From Psammoneis japonica (lineage: Eukaryota), in NCBI GenBank assembly GCA_008632985.1, contig QPGO01000007.1, positions 744,001 to 808,000 on the forward strand: a stretch of DNA of 64,000 bases. Direction: 5' to 3'. The notes under the pieces were generated by a model. That model was not told the origin of the DNA. It saw only the letters and a list, made by a program, of their open reading frames with translations, and ran no database searches. Below, piece by piece: positions 1 to 13,300 of this stretch (positions are counted from its first letter, which is position 1; each line of letters begins with the position of its first letter). The position numbers and the translations under genes are program-made.

Positions 1-57
1 TATCATGCTAACATCGTCGTCGAAAGCACCTCCCATAATGGAGTATTCGTCGTCCAT
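1..57 (-). CDS. Possible 5' end of a gene running off the window (MDDEYSIMGGAFDDDVSMI...)
   Basis: ATG at 57 (minus) with an open frame to the window edge; E2F-like site about 95 bp upstream. Too short to identify. Confidence 0.35.
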   Translation of the reverse strand, partial: MDDEYSIMGGAFDDDVSMI

Positions 58-150
58 GGTTGTTGCGCCGCCGCTGATGAAAAAAGTGTGTGCTGTGTGC
101 CGTGGAAAAGTGTACCGGGAAGCTCGTAGGAAAAAAATGACTGCTTGATT

Positions 151-158
151 TTTCCCGC
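151..158 (+). promoter_or_regulatory. E2F-type site TTTCCCGC
   Basis: Exact match to TTTSSCGC, between the putative minus-strand gene and the cyclin gene. Confidence 0.35.
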
Positions 159-1614
159 CAAACCGATTTTCGAACGCCGCGTTCTACGCAACTCGTGGTA
201 CGTTTTTTACGAGAGTCAACGCGAACCATGGTTGTTGTTTCCTACAGCATTGAACAACCGTCTCCAAAGAGAAAGCGCATAGACACGGTAATAGCAAATG
301 TCTCGTTGTACAGTATCATTTTGGTCGAGACCGATGACTTGAGTGTCGCTAGGTGTCGACTTTCCTCGTGGAGCGACAGCATCTCTAATTCATGCGGCAA
401 TCCTTCTCTATTGACACTATTTTCTCGATCATTTGAAATCATCGCATCATACATTCAAATATCACGGGATTCGAACATTGTCGTTGCCTTACAAACATTG
501 AAAATTGGCAAAGAGCGGCATAATCGGCAGGGCACATCGTCGACGCGAAAGGCAAGGATATCGAAGATCCATGCGCGCGGTGATACGCGCGTGAAGATTG
601 GAAGATTTGCGATATTCGTTCTCGTAGTATATTGTATATTTTTTAACCGTCAAGTCGTACAGTTTTGAACACAGCGCACTATCATCAAAATACACTAATT
701 ATTCATTCAACTCCAAATATGATAATTTTCAGTTGAGTTTTATTCATTTTATTCAAACTTTCATGTTTGTAAAAAGTACAACGACTATTGCCCGTGTTTA
801 AGCGATCAAAATATGTATATACAGCATCTCTGTGTACATTTAGAAACAAGCAGTCACGCTTACTAAAAGTCTACTGATTTCTACACTATTGCCCCTAGGA
901 TTTGAATTGCGCCCAAAATCGTCGTTGCCACAACCCGGACGTTGTCGCGCTATTTTCGCATCGACAGCCCATCAACACGCCGTCAGAATGTCTCTGAGAG
1001 CCAACGAACCAAAGCTGTTGTGTGTTGTGTAGGCATTACGTTGTTGACGCCAGAGACTGATGCAGTGAACGAGTATAGGGTGAGTATCATCATATTGACG
1101 AGTGTTGCGTGTGACAAGAACGCGGCGGAGCGTAATTTGTTTCGAGAGAAAGATCCGACGTTGACGCTGATAGTTCTCGTTTGATGCCGTGTAATTGCAC
1201 ATCTGGGGAGGTCGCGCTTATTCAGGACACGTACAACGGCCTATGCTTATGATACTTTGACTGAATTCTCTCTAGTATCGTATTGTACGCAATAGTGGGA
1301 CGCCGTTTGGGCATTGTCGTTGCAAAAGTCGATTTCTCGCGTCATTTTTCTCGTACGTGCTTTCTCGTACGTACGCATCATTCATCACGACGGAACGGTT
1401 AGAGAAGTCAAACATTACATTCTCCACTCATCCGATCGAAATCACGTCGATGACTCTCTATTGCATACGCTACATATGACTGCGTATTTTTGTGAATCGA
1501 TCGTTTCTCAATTGTACACCACGTCTGAAGCAAGCAACTCACCATCGAATTCTCTGTTTCGACAGACTGCTTGCGTGTTGTATAGAATAAGAAGGACATT
1601 TATAATTTATCAGG

Positions 1615-3600
1615 ATGCCAAAGATTTCCCGTACAACGAGGCAGTCGGCCGCTGCTGCCGCGCCTCCTGCAGATGAGGCAGACAATCCATCGGAGGCTAC
1701 AAGCAGAGCGACGCAGCCAAGAAGAGCTGCTTTGGTAAGTAAAATTCATCGTGGCTTTTTGGGTTGGTTGTCATATGTCTGTTACGTCTGTGTACGGTTC
1801 TCTACTGTTGTTGGAAGGCGCTGGTTCTCCGCCGATGTTGCATATGGTGTGCCGATAGCGCTGTTCTTTCTCGAAAGCGCCATTGGCTCTACAGTTTTTC
1901 CGGTGATGGCTATGTAGCTTCTACGGCGGATTTGTACGAATAAACCACGCATGATTGGCGCATGTGAAAGTTTGCGGAGCCTCCACATTTTCGTACTCTT
2001 TTATTTATCGAATCCACGTTTCTAAATCTAAATGTCGTTCGTTCTTTGTTCTATGCAGGGAGATGTTTCTAACCGTAGGTCAGCTAGACTGTCAAAGAAG
2101 CAAGATGATACGTACAAAACACAACAAGCGAATCGGAGCGAGCAGCAGGAGGTTGTAGAAGACGCTAGTGAAGTGCGACGGCGTTCACTGAGGTCCTCGA
2201 CGAACAAGGCGGCTGAAAAGGCGACTGATAAACCCAAGGCTGCAGAGAAAAAGAAGGTTGCTAGCAAGACAAGGGCGAGAAGCGCTTCAAAATCAAGGGA
2301 CCCTGCACAGCCGAAACAGAAGAAGGCTCGTGTTTCGAAGAACACCACGGTTGCAAAGAAGCCGAAGGCGGCAACCTCAAGAGTACGTACGCGTCCTCCA
2401 ACCCGTGATATTTACAAAAAGTCTGGCTTGAATCACTTGAAGAAAGCACCACCGCAGTCTGGTCGAGGACGACCGACTAAAAGCGTTCTTTGCAGTGAAT
2501 TTCTATCGACAACAGACTACAAGCTAGTTCGCAAGCCTTTCGACTCGTCCAAGTTTACTGCAGGTCTTGCGCCGCATGATCGCGCCCATCGAAAGAATGA
2601 TAATGAGGTGTCGAACTACGTCACGGATATCTTTCAAAGACTTTACAATGCTGAGGTGAGTTTAACCGTACATGCTCGTTAAGGAATTCTTTTTTCTGGT
2701 GTTCTCATCCAATCTGTTCTGCTGTATTGTGAAACTCCCAGACAACGACTCGGCCTCATTTGTACATAGATTCGCAGGAAGATATCAATTCAAGAATGAG
2801 AGCGATTCTTGTGGATTGGCTTGTGGAAGTCCACATGAAGTTTCGCCTTGTCCCGGACACTTTGTACTTGTGCGTGAACATTATCGATCGCTACTGCAGT
2901 GTCGTCCCCGTTAAACGCTCAAAACTCCAGCTAGTCGGTGTAACCGCCCTTCTTCTAGCCTGCAAGTACGAAGAAATATATCCTCCAGAGGTTCGAGACT
3001 GTGTTTACATAACCGACAGAGCGTACACTCGACAAGACGTTCTTGACATGGAGCAGGACATTGTCAAACAACTCGAATTCAAAATGACGGTGCCGACAGC
3101 TTATCCCTTTCTCCAGCGTTTCCTTCTACTTACCCAAGCCGAAGAACTCACGAAGACCGCAGCAAACTACTACCTGGAACGAGTCCTTCAAGAACACGAT
3201 GTTCTTGAATACAGACCGTCGCTTCTTGCAGCAGCCGCTGTGACTTTGGCTTTCAATAACCCTGACGTGCGCGAGAGGGATTATCTGCCAATAGAATGTC
3301 CTGGTATCGTAAGTCCTTCATGTGATAAGATCTATTTCCTATTTCTCCAATCAAACCATTGAACTCATACATTCTCATTCGTCTTTACAGCCACCTATTC
3401 TCTTGACATACACTGGATTCGATCCACAGGATATTGTGCAATGTGCGGCGTTGATGGCACATCATGTAGGAGAAGAGGTTACAACGGCTTCTCGCCGAAC
3501 TTTGAACGCTGTCAAGAAAAAGTTCAACCAATCCAAATACCAAAACATATCCACCGAAATCATGGATCCTGACATAGACGATATCCCTTACGACTTCTAA
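1615..3600 (+). CDS. Mitotic (B/A-type) cyclin, 4 exons: 1615-1734, 2059-2655, 2742-3308, 3391-3600
   Basis: GT-AG introns keep the frame. Splicing exon 1 to exon 2 builds the destruction box RAALGDVSN. Cyclin box MRAILVDWLVEVH...LQLVGVTALLLACKYEEIYPP is present. Confidence 0.93.
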
Positions 3601-4039
3601 GGCACTCGACTACATAGTGCATTGTGGAGACTGAATCAAGGCTCTCTCACTTGGAGTGTTTGAGATTCTCTAGCGAGTTTGTAGACATGCCTGTTATTCT
3701 TTTGTGGCTTCTACGACTCGCTTCCGGTTTGAGTTTCTGCTAAGGTTTTGTTGGATGTTGTCAGGATCATACAAGTCAAGATTATTTGAATTTAGGCTCT
3801 CGTGGTTCACACGAATCATTTATTACTTATGAGAATCAGTCGCGTCAATTACTTAAGTGTAGTTGATGACGAGCATAATTTTCTTTACTAAAACTATCTT
3901 GGGCTATGACTATTTTTGGGCTTTTAGTGGCTTCCGTCCAAGTCTTATCTACGTTTTTCCGTACAGTATTTTATGCTTTTTCAGGCCCAAATCGAGCGAA
4001 ACTATCTAGCTACTCTCGAAAAGAATGCATCCAACAAGG

Positions 4040-4575
4040 GAAAAGAGATAGTCTAGATGTCAATGACAAATATTTATCTCGTCCTTGCATTAGGAACAAA
4101 AGCTCAGCACAGTGCGGTTGCCTCTACCTATTCTCTACTCTAGACGACTCTCCATATCATACTATAGGTACCTCTAGCCAGGGCTACCGTACTGCTACTA
4201 CTCTCTAGAGAGACTCTAGAGCTGGCAAGTAATCTCTACCCTCTCTACTAGCTAGTAGAGAGAGCTAGTAGTAGGGCACTACCGTACTACGATAGGCTAC
4301 GACTGAAGAGCTCCCTCTTATGATATGCTCTCTTTAGAGCAACCATACAGTAGCTACTACTACTACTAATCTCTAGCCCTCTCTACTCTAGAGAGAGAGT
4401 ACCGTAGCTACTCTCTACTTTAGAGTGAGAGTACCGTAGACAGAGCTAGCTCTACCCTCTCTACGGTACTCTATCTACTCTCATATACTACAAGTAGTAG
4501 GGCTAGAGGGTCTCTACCGTACTCTAGTACCCCGAGCGAGAGAGTAGAGAGAGAGAGAGTAGAGCAGACAGGCTA
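4040..4575. repeat. Low-complexity CTAG/TACT/CTCT/AGAG-rich intergenic tract
   Basis: Dense ctctagag, tactactac, agtagtag and gagagagtaccgtag motifs; no clean period. Confidence 0.7.
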
Positions 4576-4859
4576 CGAGTGGCAGACAGACACGTACACG
4601 ACAGACGAACATGGTTGAAGTTGACCGTGTCCTCGTATTGATTCTACGTATTCTACGCATTCCCGATCCTTGCTGTCAAAATTTCCCACCATCGAAAAAT
4701 TTAGCTCATCAACGTACGTGAACGTAAGGATTTGGCGCGAAAAAAGCGGCTCGCCACGCATGTCACCGAGGGATCAATTGCAGTTGCTCCTCTTCCATCT
4801 TGTAACACCCAACCCACACAACGGTCTCTCATACCACTCTCTCTGTTGGGTTAGGAACG

Positions 4860-6436
4860 ATGGTGAAGATCGCAGCTCTTGCTCTGGGCCTGGCCCTTGC
4901 TACATCGGCTTCGGCCTTTGCTCCTCGGCATGTTGCCCAGCCGATTCGGTACGACCAACATATCAGAACGCTTTTGACACGCTTGTTGATGGCGGCTTCT
5001 CATTGTTTGTCTGCCAATGGAGAAACGAGCATTGAAACTAGCATGTAACTGCGGTTTCGGTCGATACGTTATTTTTGCAGCTCACACGATTCGTAAATTG
5101 CTACAATTGACTCACCTGCGGTCTTGTGTTTGTTTCGTTTCCCAGCGCCGGCGAAGCTAAGGTGTCACCAGTAGCCCTCAGTATGGCTTCTGACAAGAAA
5201 ATATCTAAGCGCAAGTTGGCATTGAAGGTACGTCATGGCTTTTGCACAAGGGATTTCTTGCGATTACGTTGTTCACTGGTTGAGTTTCTCACAGCGTTTT
5301 GATCGCATCGACAGACGTTGGCAAAGACAGCCGGAGCTCTTTCTACCGTCGCTCTAGCTACTACTGCGGCTCCTCCTGCCGCTCTCGCTGCCAAGAAGGT
5401 CGTTGAGGTTGTCGAGACCACTGACAACACCAAGAAGATTGTTGGCGTGGCTGTTGGAGTTGGTGCGGCTGCGCTTGCTGCAGCCAAGGTCCTTGGTGGA
5501 CCAAAGAAGCAGGACTTCTTGGAAGCTGATCCTTACTGGGACCAATCCACCGTTCCTGTCAATGTTTTCAAGAATAAGGCTCCCTTCACCGGCAAGGTTG
5601 TCTCCACCAAGCGAATTGTAGGGCCCAAGGCAACGGGAGAGACCTGCCACATTGTCATTGACCACAAGGGCAAGTTTCCTTACTGGGAAGGACAGTCATG
5701 GGGTGTCATCCCCCCAGGTGTCCGCGAAAAGGACGGCAAGCCTCACTCGGTCCGTTTGTACTCGATCGCGTCCAGTCGTTATGGTGATGATATGTCTGGC
5801 AATACGGGAAGTCTTTGTGTCCGTCGTGCCACTTACTGGTGCCCCGAGCTGAAAGCCGACGACCCTGCCAAGAAAGGCATCTGCTCCAACTTCCTCTGTG
5901 ATACCAAGCCTGGCGATGAAGTGCAAATGACTGGTCCCGCCGGTAAGGTGATGCTCTTGCCCGAGGAGGATCCCAACACGGATTACATTATGGTTGCTAC
6001 TGGAACTGGTATTGCTCCCTACCGTGGCTTTGTGCGTCGGTTGTTCACAGAGGACACGCCTGCGGCGAATGCTTACAAGGGACAAGCATGGTTGTTTTTG
6101 GGTGTTGCCAATAGCGATGCTCTTTTGTACGATGACGAGTGGCAAGAGGTGAAGAAGAACAACCCTGATCAATTCCGTCTTGACTATGCTCTTTCGCGTG
6201 AACAAGAGAACAAGAAAGGAGGCAAAATGTACATCCAAGACAAGGTCGAAGAGTACGCTGACGAAGTGTTTGAAAAGTTGGAGAATGGCGCACACATTTA
6301 CTTTTGCGGGTTGAAGGGAATGATGCCTGGTATCCAAGACATGCTCCAGGATGTCGCCAAATCGAAGAAGATTGACTACGATGAGTGGCTGAAGGGGTTG
6401 AAGAAGAACAAGCAGTGGCATGTGGAAGTGTACTAA
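4860..6436 (+). CDS. petH: Plastid ferredoxin-NADP+ reductase, 3 exons: 4860-4948, 5146-5227, 5315-6436
   Basis: Signal peptide ending ASAFAP; motifs [36 protein letters not shown]-terminal WHVEVY. Confidence 0.95.
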
Positions 6437-6809
6437 AGAGTGCTTGTACATCAATGCTGAAATTTGTTTCGGCTAAATTCATTTCGTGGTACAGTAGTTT
6501 GTAATGTAATCATCAATTGTCTATCAATGGTCTATCGATGTCTACCTGTACCGTACTTCTACTCTAGAGTAATAGAAGGTGCTTCCGTTACCGTGCATCG
6601 GCCATTGAAAGAATCCTGATCCGTGACTGGCGAGACGTTCGTGACTGACGACTGACGATGGACACTGCGTGTATGATCTTGAGTTGAAAAGATCGCACAT
6701 GTCACAATCTTGCTATTTGGTGTTGCCTCTCGTTCTCTTTTATCTCTCATTCATTTCAGGTAGCTTACCGACCAACCGGCAGTTATAGCCTGGATCACAA
6801 AATCGTGCA

Positions 6810-7592
6810 ATGGCAAAATTTGCACGAACAAGAACCGTTTTGCATCTAGCATTTTCACACGTCCATCAGTGGCTCCCGCCGCCACCAAACTTTGTCGGAG
6901 GCGAGTACGCGTCGCTGCCTTCATATCTGGAGAAAGCTGGAATCAAGAAAGTTGCACTCCTGCGACATGGGAATGCGGAACCAAGTCCTAACGGTGTTGA
7001 GTTTGATAGAGTCCTGTCAGAAGTTGGTCGGAGTCAAGCCCGTGAAGCTGGATCATCGTTTGGAAAGGAACTTCGGCCATTCTATCCAGAGTTGTTGGTT
7101 TCGCCGGCTCCTCGTACGGTTGAAACCGCTAAACTGTTCTTGGAACAAAGTGGCGTTCACATGACGACTCCCAAGGAAGGAAATCCAGTTTTATATGACG
7201 GCACCATGCAGCCTCTTGGAAGCCAACTGTTTCGCAAAATCGGTTATGCTCCCTTAAGGGACTACTTAGAAAACGACGATGAGGACGACCGGAAAGCGGC
7301 TCAAAACGTTCTTGGTGAATACAGCCATAATGTTATCCAACTTGTTTGTGATTCAATCAGAAACCCAAACGTCACTTCGCCAACACAGACAGATATGACG
7401 CTTCTGGTCGTAGGACACGCAATATACCTTCCAGCCGTAGCATTGGGCCTAGCCTCTTTACTTGGCTGTGACAAGAGCTCACAAGACGTTGTACTCTCGA
7501 CCAACACAAAAGAAGCAGAAGGCTACGTCATTGAGACAACTCCGCCTGGGGTAGAGCTTCTCGTGCGCCCTACCAACGTGAAGCAGCAATGA
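6810..7592 (+). CDS. Histidine phosphatase / phosphoglycerate-mutase superfamily protein (SixA-like)
   Basis: LLRHG motif, DRVLSEVGRSQA, SPAPRTVETA, LLVVGH. Confidence 0.8.
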   Translation: MAKFARTRTVLHLAFSHVHQWLPPPPNFVGGEYASLPSYLEKAGIKKVALLRHGNAEPSPNGVEFDRVLSEVGRSQAREAGSSFGKELRPFYPELLVSPAPRTVETAKLFLEQSGVHMTTPKEGNPVLYDGTMQPLGSQLFRKIGYAPLRDYLENDDEDDRKAAQNVLGEYSHNVIQLVCDSIRNPNVTSPTQTDMTLLVVGHAIYLPAVALGLASLLGCDKSSQDVVLSTNTKEAEGYVIETTPPGVELLVRPTNVKQQ

Positions 7593-7748
7593 CGTCGACG
7601 AGCTTCATGGGTGTGCGTTCTCCCGTCAGAATTCTCCACTTCACGAACGCTACCAGTATCAAACAAACTGAAAGCTAACTGACAAGCGCTGTTGGAAGAG
7701 CTTAATTCATAAGTGATATCAAAATCAAAAAATTAGAAATTATGTTGT

Positions 7749-9261
7749 TTACTCCAGTGCTTGTGCTCCTGCAACAATCTCGAGAATTTCTTGGGTGACC
7801 GCAGCCTGGCGGGCACGGTTGTACAGCAAACTGAGCTCCTTGGCAAGGTTTCCTGCGTTGTCACTTGCACTCTGCATAGACTGCATACGGGCAGCAAGCT
7901 CGGAGGCAACGGACTCTTGAAGGGTACGGAGGATCTGCCCATTAAGGTAGAGGGGCAAGATCGAGTTGACAATCTGAAGAGGGTCCTGCTCAAAGATCAT
8001 GTCGTTGGGGAAGTCTTGTGGTTCAGCAACTCCAAGGTCGGTGCGTTCGACGCCAAACTCTCCGTTCTCAGAAGTGAGCTGGAAGACCTCATCACCTTGG
8101 TTGGTGATCTCAGAAGCAGAGAAAGGAACCAACGTGCGCACACTAGGGGTGGAGGCAATGAGAGACACAAACTTTGTGTAGAAAAGCTCAACGGCATCGG
8201 TTTCTCCAGCAAGGTAGGTGTTGAGGATCTCTTCAGAGATAGCAAGCGCCTGGCTGGCATCGGGGTTCTGTCCGCAGTCATACGTCTTGCGGATTGGGTA
8301 GTTACGGCGCTCAAAGTAGGTAACTCCCTTCTTTCCAATAAGGATCATATCAGCATCAATGCCCTGTTCCTTGAGCTCCGCGAAACGAGCTTCAGCCTTC
8401 TTGATCATGAATGAATTGTATCCGCCGCAAAGACCACGGTCACCAGTGATCACAACAAGGGTAACCTTCTTGACATCACGCTGAGTGAGGAGAGGAAGGT
8501 CCATCGTTTCACCGCCAAGACGAGAGATAAGGCCTCCAAATACAGATTGGAGGGTCTCAGAAAAGGGACGGGTAGCAAGTACAGCATCCTGGGCACGGCG
8601 CACCTTGGCGGCAGCGACAAGCTTCATTGCCATCGTGATTTTCTTGGTATTCTGAACGGTGGCGATTCTGTCACGAATGGCTAGAAGAAAAAAAGAAACA
8701 AACATTAGCAAACAAATCAAATTATCGGTAGAGGATAAAACCATCTAACCAGGATGCTATCGGCAGAAACCCCATCATTCATCAAGAGTCTTGTGCGTCG
8801 TGAGAAAGAGCTCCCATCATTCGCTCTCAACTCTCAATTTCGGCTTCATAAAGACCGCTCTCAAGCTCTGTCACAGATATCTAATAAATGTTACCCCAGC
8901 GCTCATAGTTTCCATATTATAAATCGAAATTTTTCCTCGTCATGGTCGGTGAAGGAAAGTTGAACACAATTTCACAAAACGACGCGAGTTTTCTACGAGA
9001 GCTACACGTAGATTTCAGTATGGTACGTGTTGTTTCTCATACGCATGAAGAACTCGCCGTACAAAAGTACGTAGAGATACACGTACCGTTGGCTTTGCCA
9101 TCCATGACGATTGTCGCCCGACGAGTGCGGTGAGCAGAATTGTCGGCAACAACATTGTTAACGCTTTGACCAACCGATGGCGTTACAGTTGTGAAAGCTC
9201 CACCCGATGTGGTGAAAGCAGAGGCGGTCGCAAGAGCGGCAGCGACGCAAAGAAACTTCAT
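7749..9261 (-). CDS. atpC: Plastid ATP synthase gamma subunit, 2 exons: 9261-9087, 8680-7749
   Basis: Presequence MKFLCVAAALATASAF; spliced GKANAIRDRI; KITMAMKLVAAAK, GDRGLCGGYN, ELAARM, YNRARQAAVTQEILEIVAGA. Confidence 0.95.
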
Positions 9262-9896
9262 TTTGGCCGTGACTTTTGTGAACTTGGTCGCAAGTCGAAG
9301 TTTGATCTTTCGTCTCCGCACGTTCCGAACGCTTTTCGCGCGCGGACGTGTTCTGTGGTCCGCACGACTTCAACGATGGTGATACGTAGCGTTATTACCA
9401 GGGATGACGTATGTACAATTTTATATAAACAGATATTCGAGCCTGTAGTCTGTTGGTAAGTGCGTGTTTTGGTTTGGTCCAAAAAAAGTGCTACGTGTCT
9501 TTCCGTAGATTTCTACAGGGTTTGTACTACGCGACAGTGACGAGGATTTACGTCGCGTGACGTTGACTTTCCGACAGACTGACAGACTTGGTCGCGTTTT
9601 ACTTTATTTAGTTTATTCATAGTGGAAGGGTTTGAATATTTTGATACACAAAGTCGCTTAACTTCACCTACGAGCATTTATTTAGATGAATTCATTGACG
9701 TTACTATTTCATTTGATCTATAACGATCTTTTAATTTTTTCATTAAGCTTATGAGTTTATTTATTACCGAAGGATATATCAAAATACGTAATTTCGAAAA
9801 TCCATTTTGATTGACGCCGCGTCAGCGATGTTGTGGCCAAGCGTTCAGCAAAGCGAATGTCACATTATCCAGCAACTCGTCTAAAAGCGAAAGACA

Positions 9897-10339
9897 ATGA
9901 AGACTGTTATTGCTGTTCCTCTTCTTGCAATCATTGCGATGCTGTCGGGAGTCGCCCAGGGATTCGTTGCTGGTCCAGCGATTTCCCGCCCCGCCGCAGA
10001 CGTTTCCAGCACATCGCTAAACACCATGCTTTCCTATGGCGGAAAGAAAAAGAATTTCAGGGCAGGAAGTCCCTTGAAGAATGCTTGTGCTGCTTTGGGC
10101 GTCAAACCGAAATACAGCTGCAGAAAGTAAGCTACACGGTGTGACGGACAAGTACTTACTCGCTGTTTTGTATGGATGATGCTAAACATTCTTTCTTGCG
10201 CCTTTTCATCAACAGGGGTGATTGCGCGTCGTGCACGATTTCTGTGGGTGGACAGCGAGTCAAAGCTTGTGTCGGAAAGGTTCCACCGGAGCCCAAGCTT
10301 AAGAGTTTGCAAGAAAAGGGTCTCGAAATTAGAGGTTAA
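9897..10339 (+). CDS. Small plastid-targeted 2Fe-2S ferredoxin-like protein, 2 exons: 9897-10126, 10216-10339
   Basis: Splicing at AA|gtaag...cag|G gives YSCRKGDCASCTISVGGQRVKACVGK (C-x4-C-x2-C...C). Signal peptide ends AQG-F. Confidence 0.8.
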
Positions 10340-10713
10340 GCTTTGCTACTAGTCTTGGAGATTTTGAGCTTGACAACAACATGACGAGGCAAAAAAGTGA
10401 AAGCCTAATAATCTATCATTGACACACAAACGTTGGTACTTGAGTTGGCTACTGAAGGAACAAATCGTTTCAGCCACCAACGTGGTTTTTTTGTGTCTGC
10501 ATCCGTTCGAAACAACATATATCATCATGCTGTTCCAGACATCATGCTATGGACGCGAAACTGTTCCCGATGTCTTGTCGAGCTGTCTTCTTGTGTTGCA
10601 CTGTGGAAAGCAATCGTTTTTCGACTGTGTTTGTCATCTATTGTGTTATTTGTACATTGTTGATTCATATCCAAGGTTTGCATGAAAATTACCTCAAGAA
10701 CCGGCCAACCTCT

Positions 10714-11897
10714 CTAAGCCATCGCCATGGTCATGTTTTGGATCAGCCCAGTCACATGCTCCCCACTCGCATGATCTTCCTCCAACAGCACATTGACAAC
10801 ATCGCCCACCACAATTGTACTTGGCGGTTTCACGTCGTACTTCTTCGCTAGATCAGCAATTGTTTCCATATTTCCAACCACGGTTCGCTGCGTGGGGCAG
10901 CCGGCTCGTTCCACAATTGCCACGGGAGTCTTGGAGGGGTAGCCCGCCATGTTGATGAGTCGTTGGCACAATTCTCCAAGACGTCCAACCGCCATTAAAA
11001 AGACAATAGTTTGTTCCTTGTGATACTGAATCAAGTCGGGTGAGCTTCCCTCTCTGCCATAGCCGGTGCACATTACCACCTGATTCGACACTCCGCGGTG
11101 TGTCACGGGAATGTTTCCCAAGAGCGGAGCCGAGAAGGCAGCCGAAACGCCCTAACATAAGATCATCAAACGAAAATCAACGAAGCATAAGTATAAGTAA
11201 GATATTGCGAAAAAAATAATGAAACGGTCGAGCTCTCGTCGACATCAGAAAAACGCTTCAAGGCAACAACATAAAAAACTTACAGGGATGACCTTTGGCT
11301 CCACTCCAAATCTCCGAAACATCAATACCTCTTCTCCACCTCTACCAAACACAAAGGGATCTCCAATTTTGAGTCGAATCACATGTTTACCTTCCGCCAA
11401 TCCCTGATAGCCCACCAATAAATTTCTTCTTGAGCCAACTCGGCACATCCCGGTAACTTGCGTGCCACTTTGTATTCTCCTTGAATCAAGTCCAAAATTT
11501 CGTCGGATACGAGACGATCGACAATCACCAGGGCGTCGGGATCTGCCAAAAGACGGTGTGCCGCCATGGTTAAGAGCTCTGGATCGCCCGGACCGGATCC
11601 CACCAGCGTCACACGGCCGCCATTGGGCAAGGATGACTCTGGCTTTTTCGTCGTCAAGGGTGAAAGTGATTTTGAATCGGGAATGCCCCATTCATTCTCA
11701 TTCTTGATGGTGTAACCATTACTTTTACCAAAGACGGCAGTCGTACTATACCGAGTCAATGAACGTCTTGCTCTGGTGCTGGAAACAAATGCTGTAGCAT
11801 GATGGCTGGCTGTTGCTCTACACGACCCTGAAAGAACAGCAATAACCCTCAGCAACGCCGCTGTACGACCGCCCTTTCTCGGTGTGGCTTGCCTCAT
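10714..11897 (-). CDS. Uroporphyrinogen-III C-methyltransferase (siroheme branch); intron 11283-11152; apparent 1-nt frameshift near 11410
   Basis: [48 protein letters not shown]; plastid-type presequence (ATAF). Confidence 0.85.
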
Positions 11898-12650
11898 TTT
11901 ATTCTCTTGTTTCTAAAATAACTCTGGGGCAACAATTCTATTATTTGTGGTCGAAGCGTGCTGTTGTTTCGAACAATGACAAAAGAATATTCTTTGCTGG
12001 CAGATGTTTTGCAACAGGCGGAAGGATGTTTTGTGAGAAAGATTTGAGTGGATGGTGCCGGACCAACTTCTGTCGTTTTTCCGGCACTTTTGTTCAGAAA
12101 TCCTGTTTATTCATGCTTGTAGCTATATTAATAATGACGTTGTATATAATAATATTTTATTGGTCCTTAAGAATTAAATTGATTTCCCGCCAGCTCCTGA
12201 CGACATGATTGCGTCATCTGCGAACTCCAGCGCAGATGCCTAAAACAAACGCACCCATAACGCGAATCGGTTCTACGTTGGCTTTGTACGAGTATCTACG
12301 TAATGCATGACACATCAGCGGGAAGACATCACTCCGCATTCTCTGGCTTCTTCCACCCCGCTACCACGTCGCAACCGATCTGACAGATGGCGGATCTCTG
12401 GTACAAACATCAAGTAGGATGAACATAACCAAGACTGACTTTCCGCGCCACCTTCTCGTTTTCACGACCACCTACTGTCACAACTCAGCTTCAGCAGTGT
12501 TTTCGTTTGGTCAAACAAACGGGACTTCACTACATGAGTTCACAAAGTAATCATCTGTCACAACAACATCAGCTTCCCTGTTGAGTTTCGTTGTTGTTGA
12601 AAGTTACTTTTCTCATATCAAATGTGCTGCTTCCCAACTGATTGCAACAA

Positions 12651-13300
12651 TATGGTCAACGACACCCGCAAGAGACGCCTATCTACTACTGCTCCACCCA
12701 ACAAGCGTGTTCGCGTCATTCTTTCCGCCTTTCCCGCGCGATTAATGGCGTCCGACGTGTTGGAAAACAAGTCTCCCCACGACTTTGTCATGGAGGAATT
12801 GAAATCACAAGGAGTCCAAGCCGAGGTCCAGCCTCGAAGGATCTCAAGGACTTTTTCTCGGAACCAACACAAGAAGAAACAAATGCCTATGACCACGAAG
12901 TACTCAATGCCATTCGATCACGCGATCTTGATACGTTGCGCAAATTCCATCAAGACGGCCGTCCCCTCAAGTGCAGCAACAAGTTTGGAGAGAGTCTGTT
13001 GCATCTAGCATGCCGAAGGGGCTTCTTTGATGTGTCTTGTTCCTCGTCAAGGAGGCTGGTGTGACGGTCCGAGTCAAGGACGACTATGGAAGAACTCCTC
13101 TTCATGATGCCTGCTGGACTACCGAGCCAAATTTTGAGCTGTTTGCATTCTTACTGAAGGAGTGCTCTGACTTGTTGCTGTTGAGTGATGCACGTGGCTT
13201 CACTCCGTTGGCATACGCAAGAAGAGACCATTGGGATGAATACGTCAAGTTTTTGAAGAATCATTCAGACTTGATCGTTCCCACAAAGCTTGCTCAATGA
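12651..13300 (+). CDS. Ankyrin-repeat protein with apparent 1-nt frameshifts
   Basis: NKFGESLLHLACRRG, DDYGRTPLHDACW and DARGFTPLAYA, spread over three frames. Confidence 0.75.

Noticed and set aside
5696..8414. Long antisense ORFs over FNR and atpC
   Set aside because: Shadow ORFs from the codon bias of highly expressed genes.
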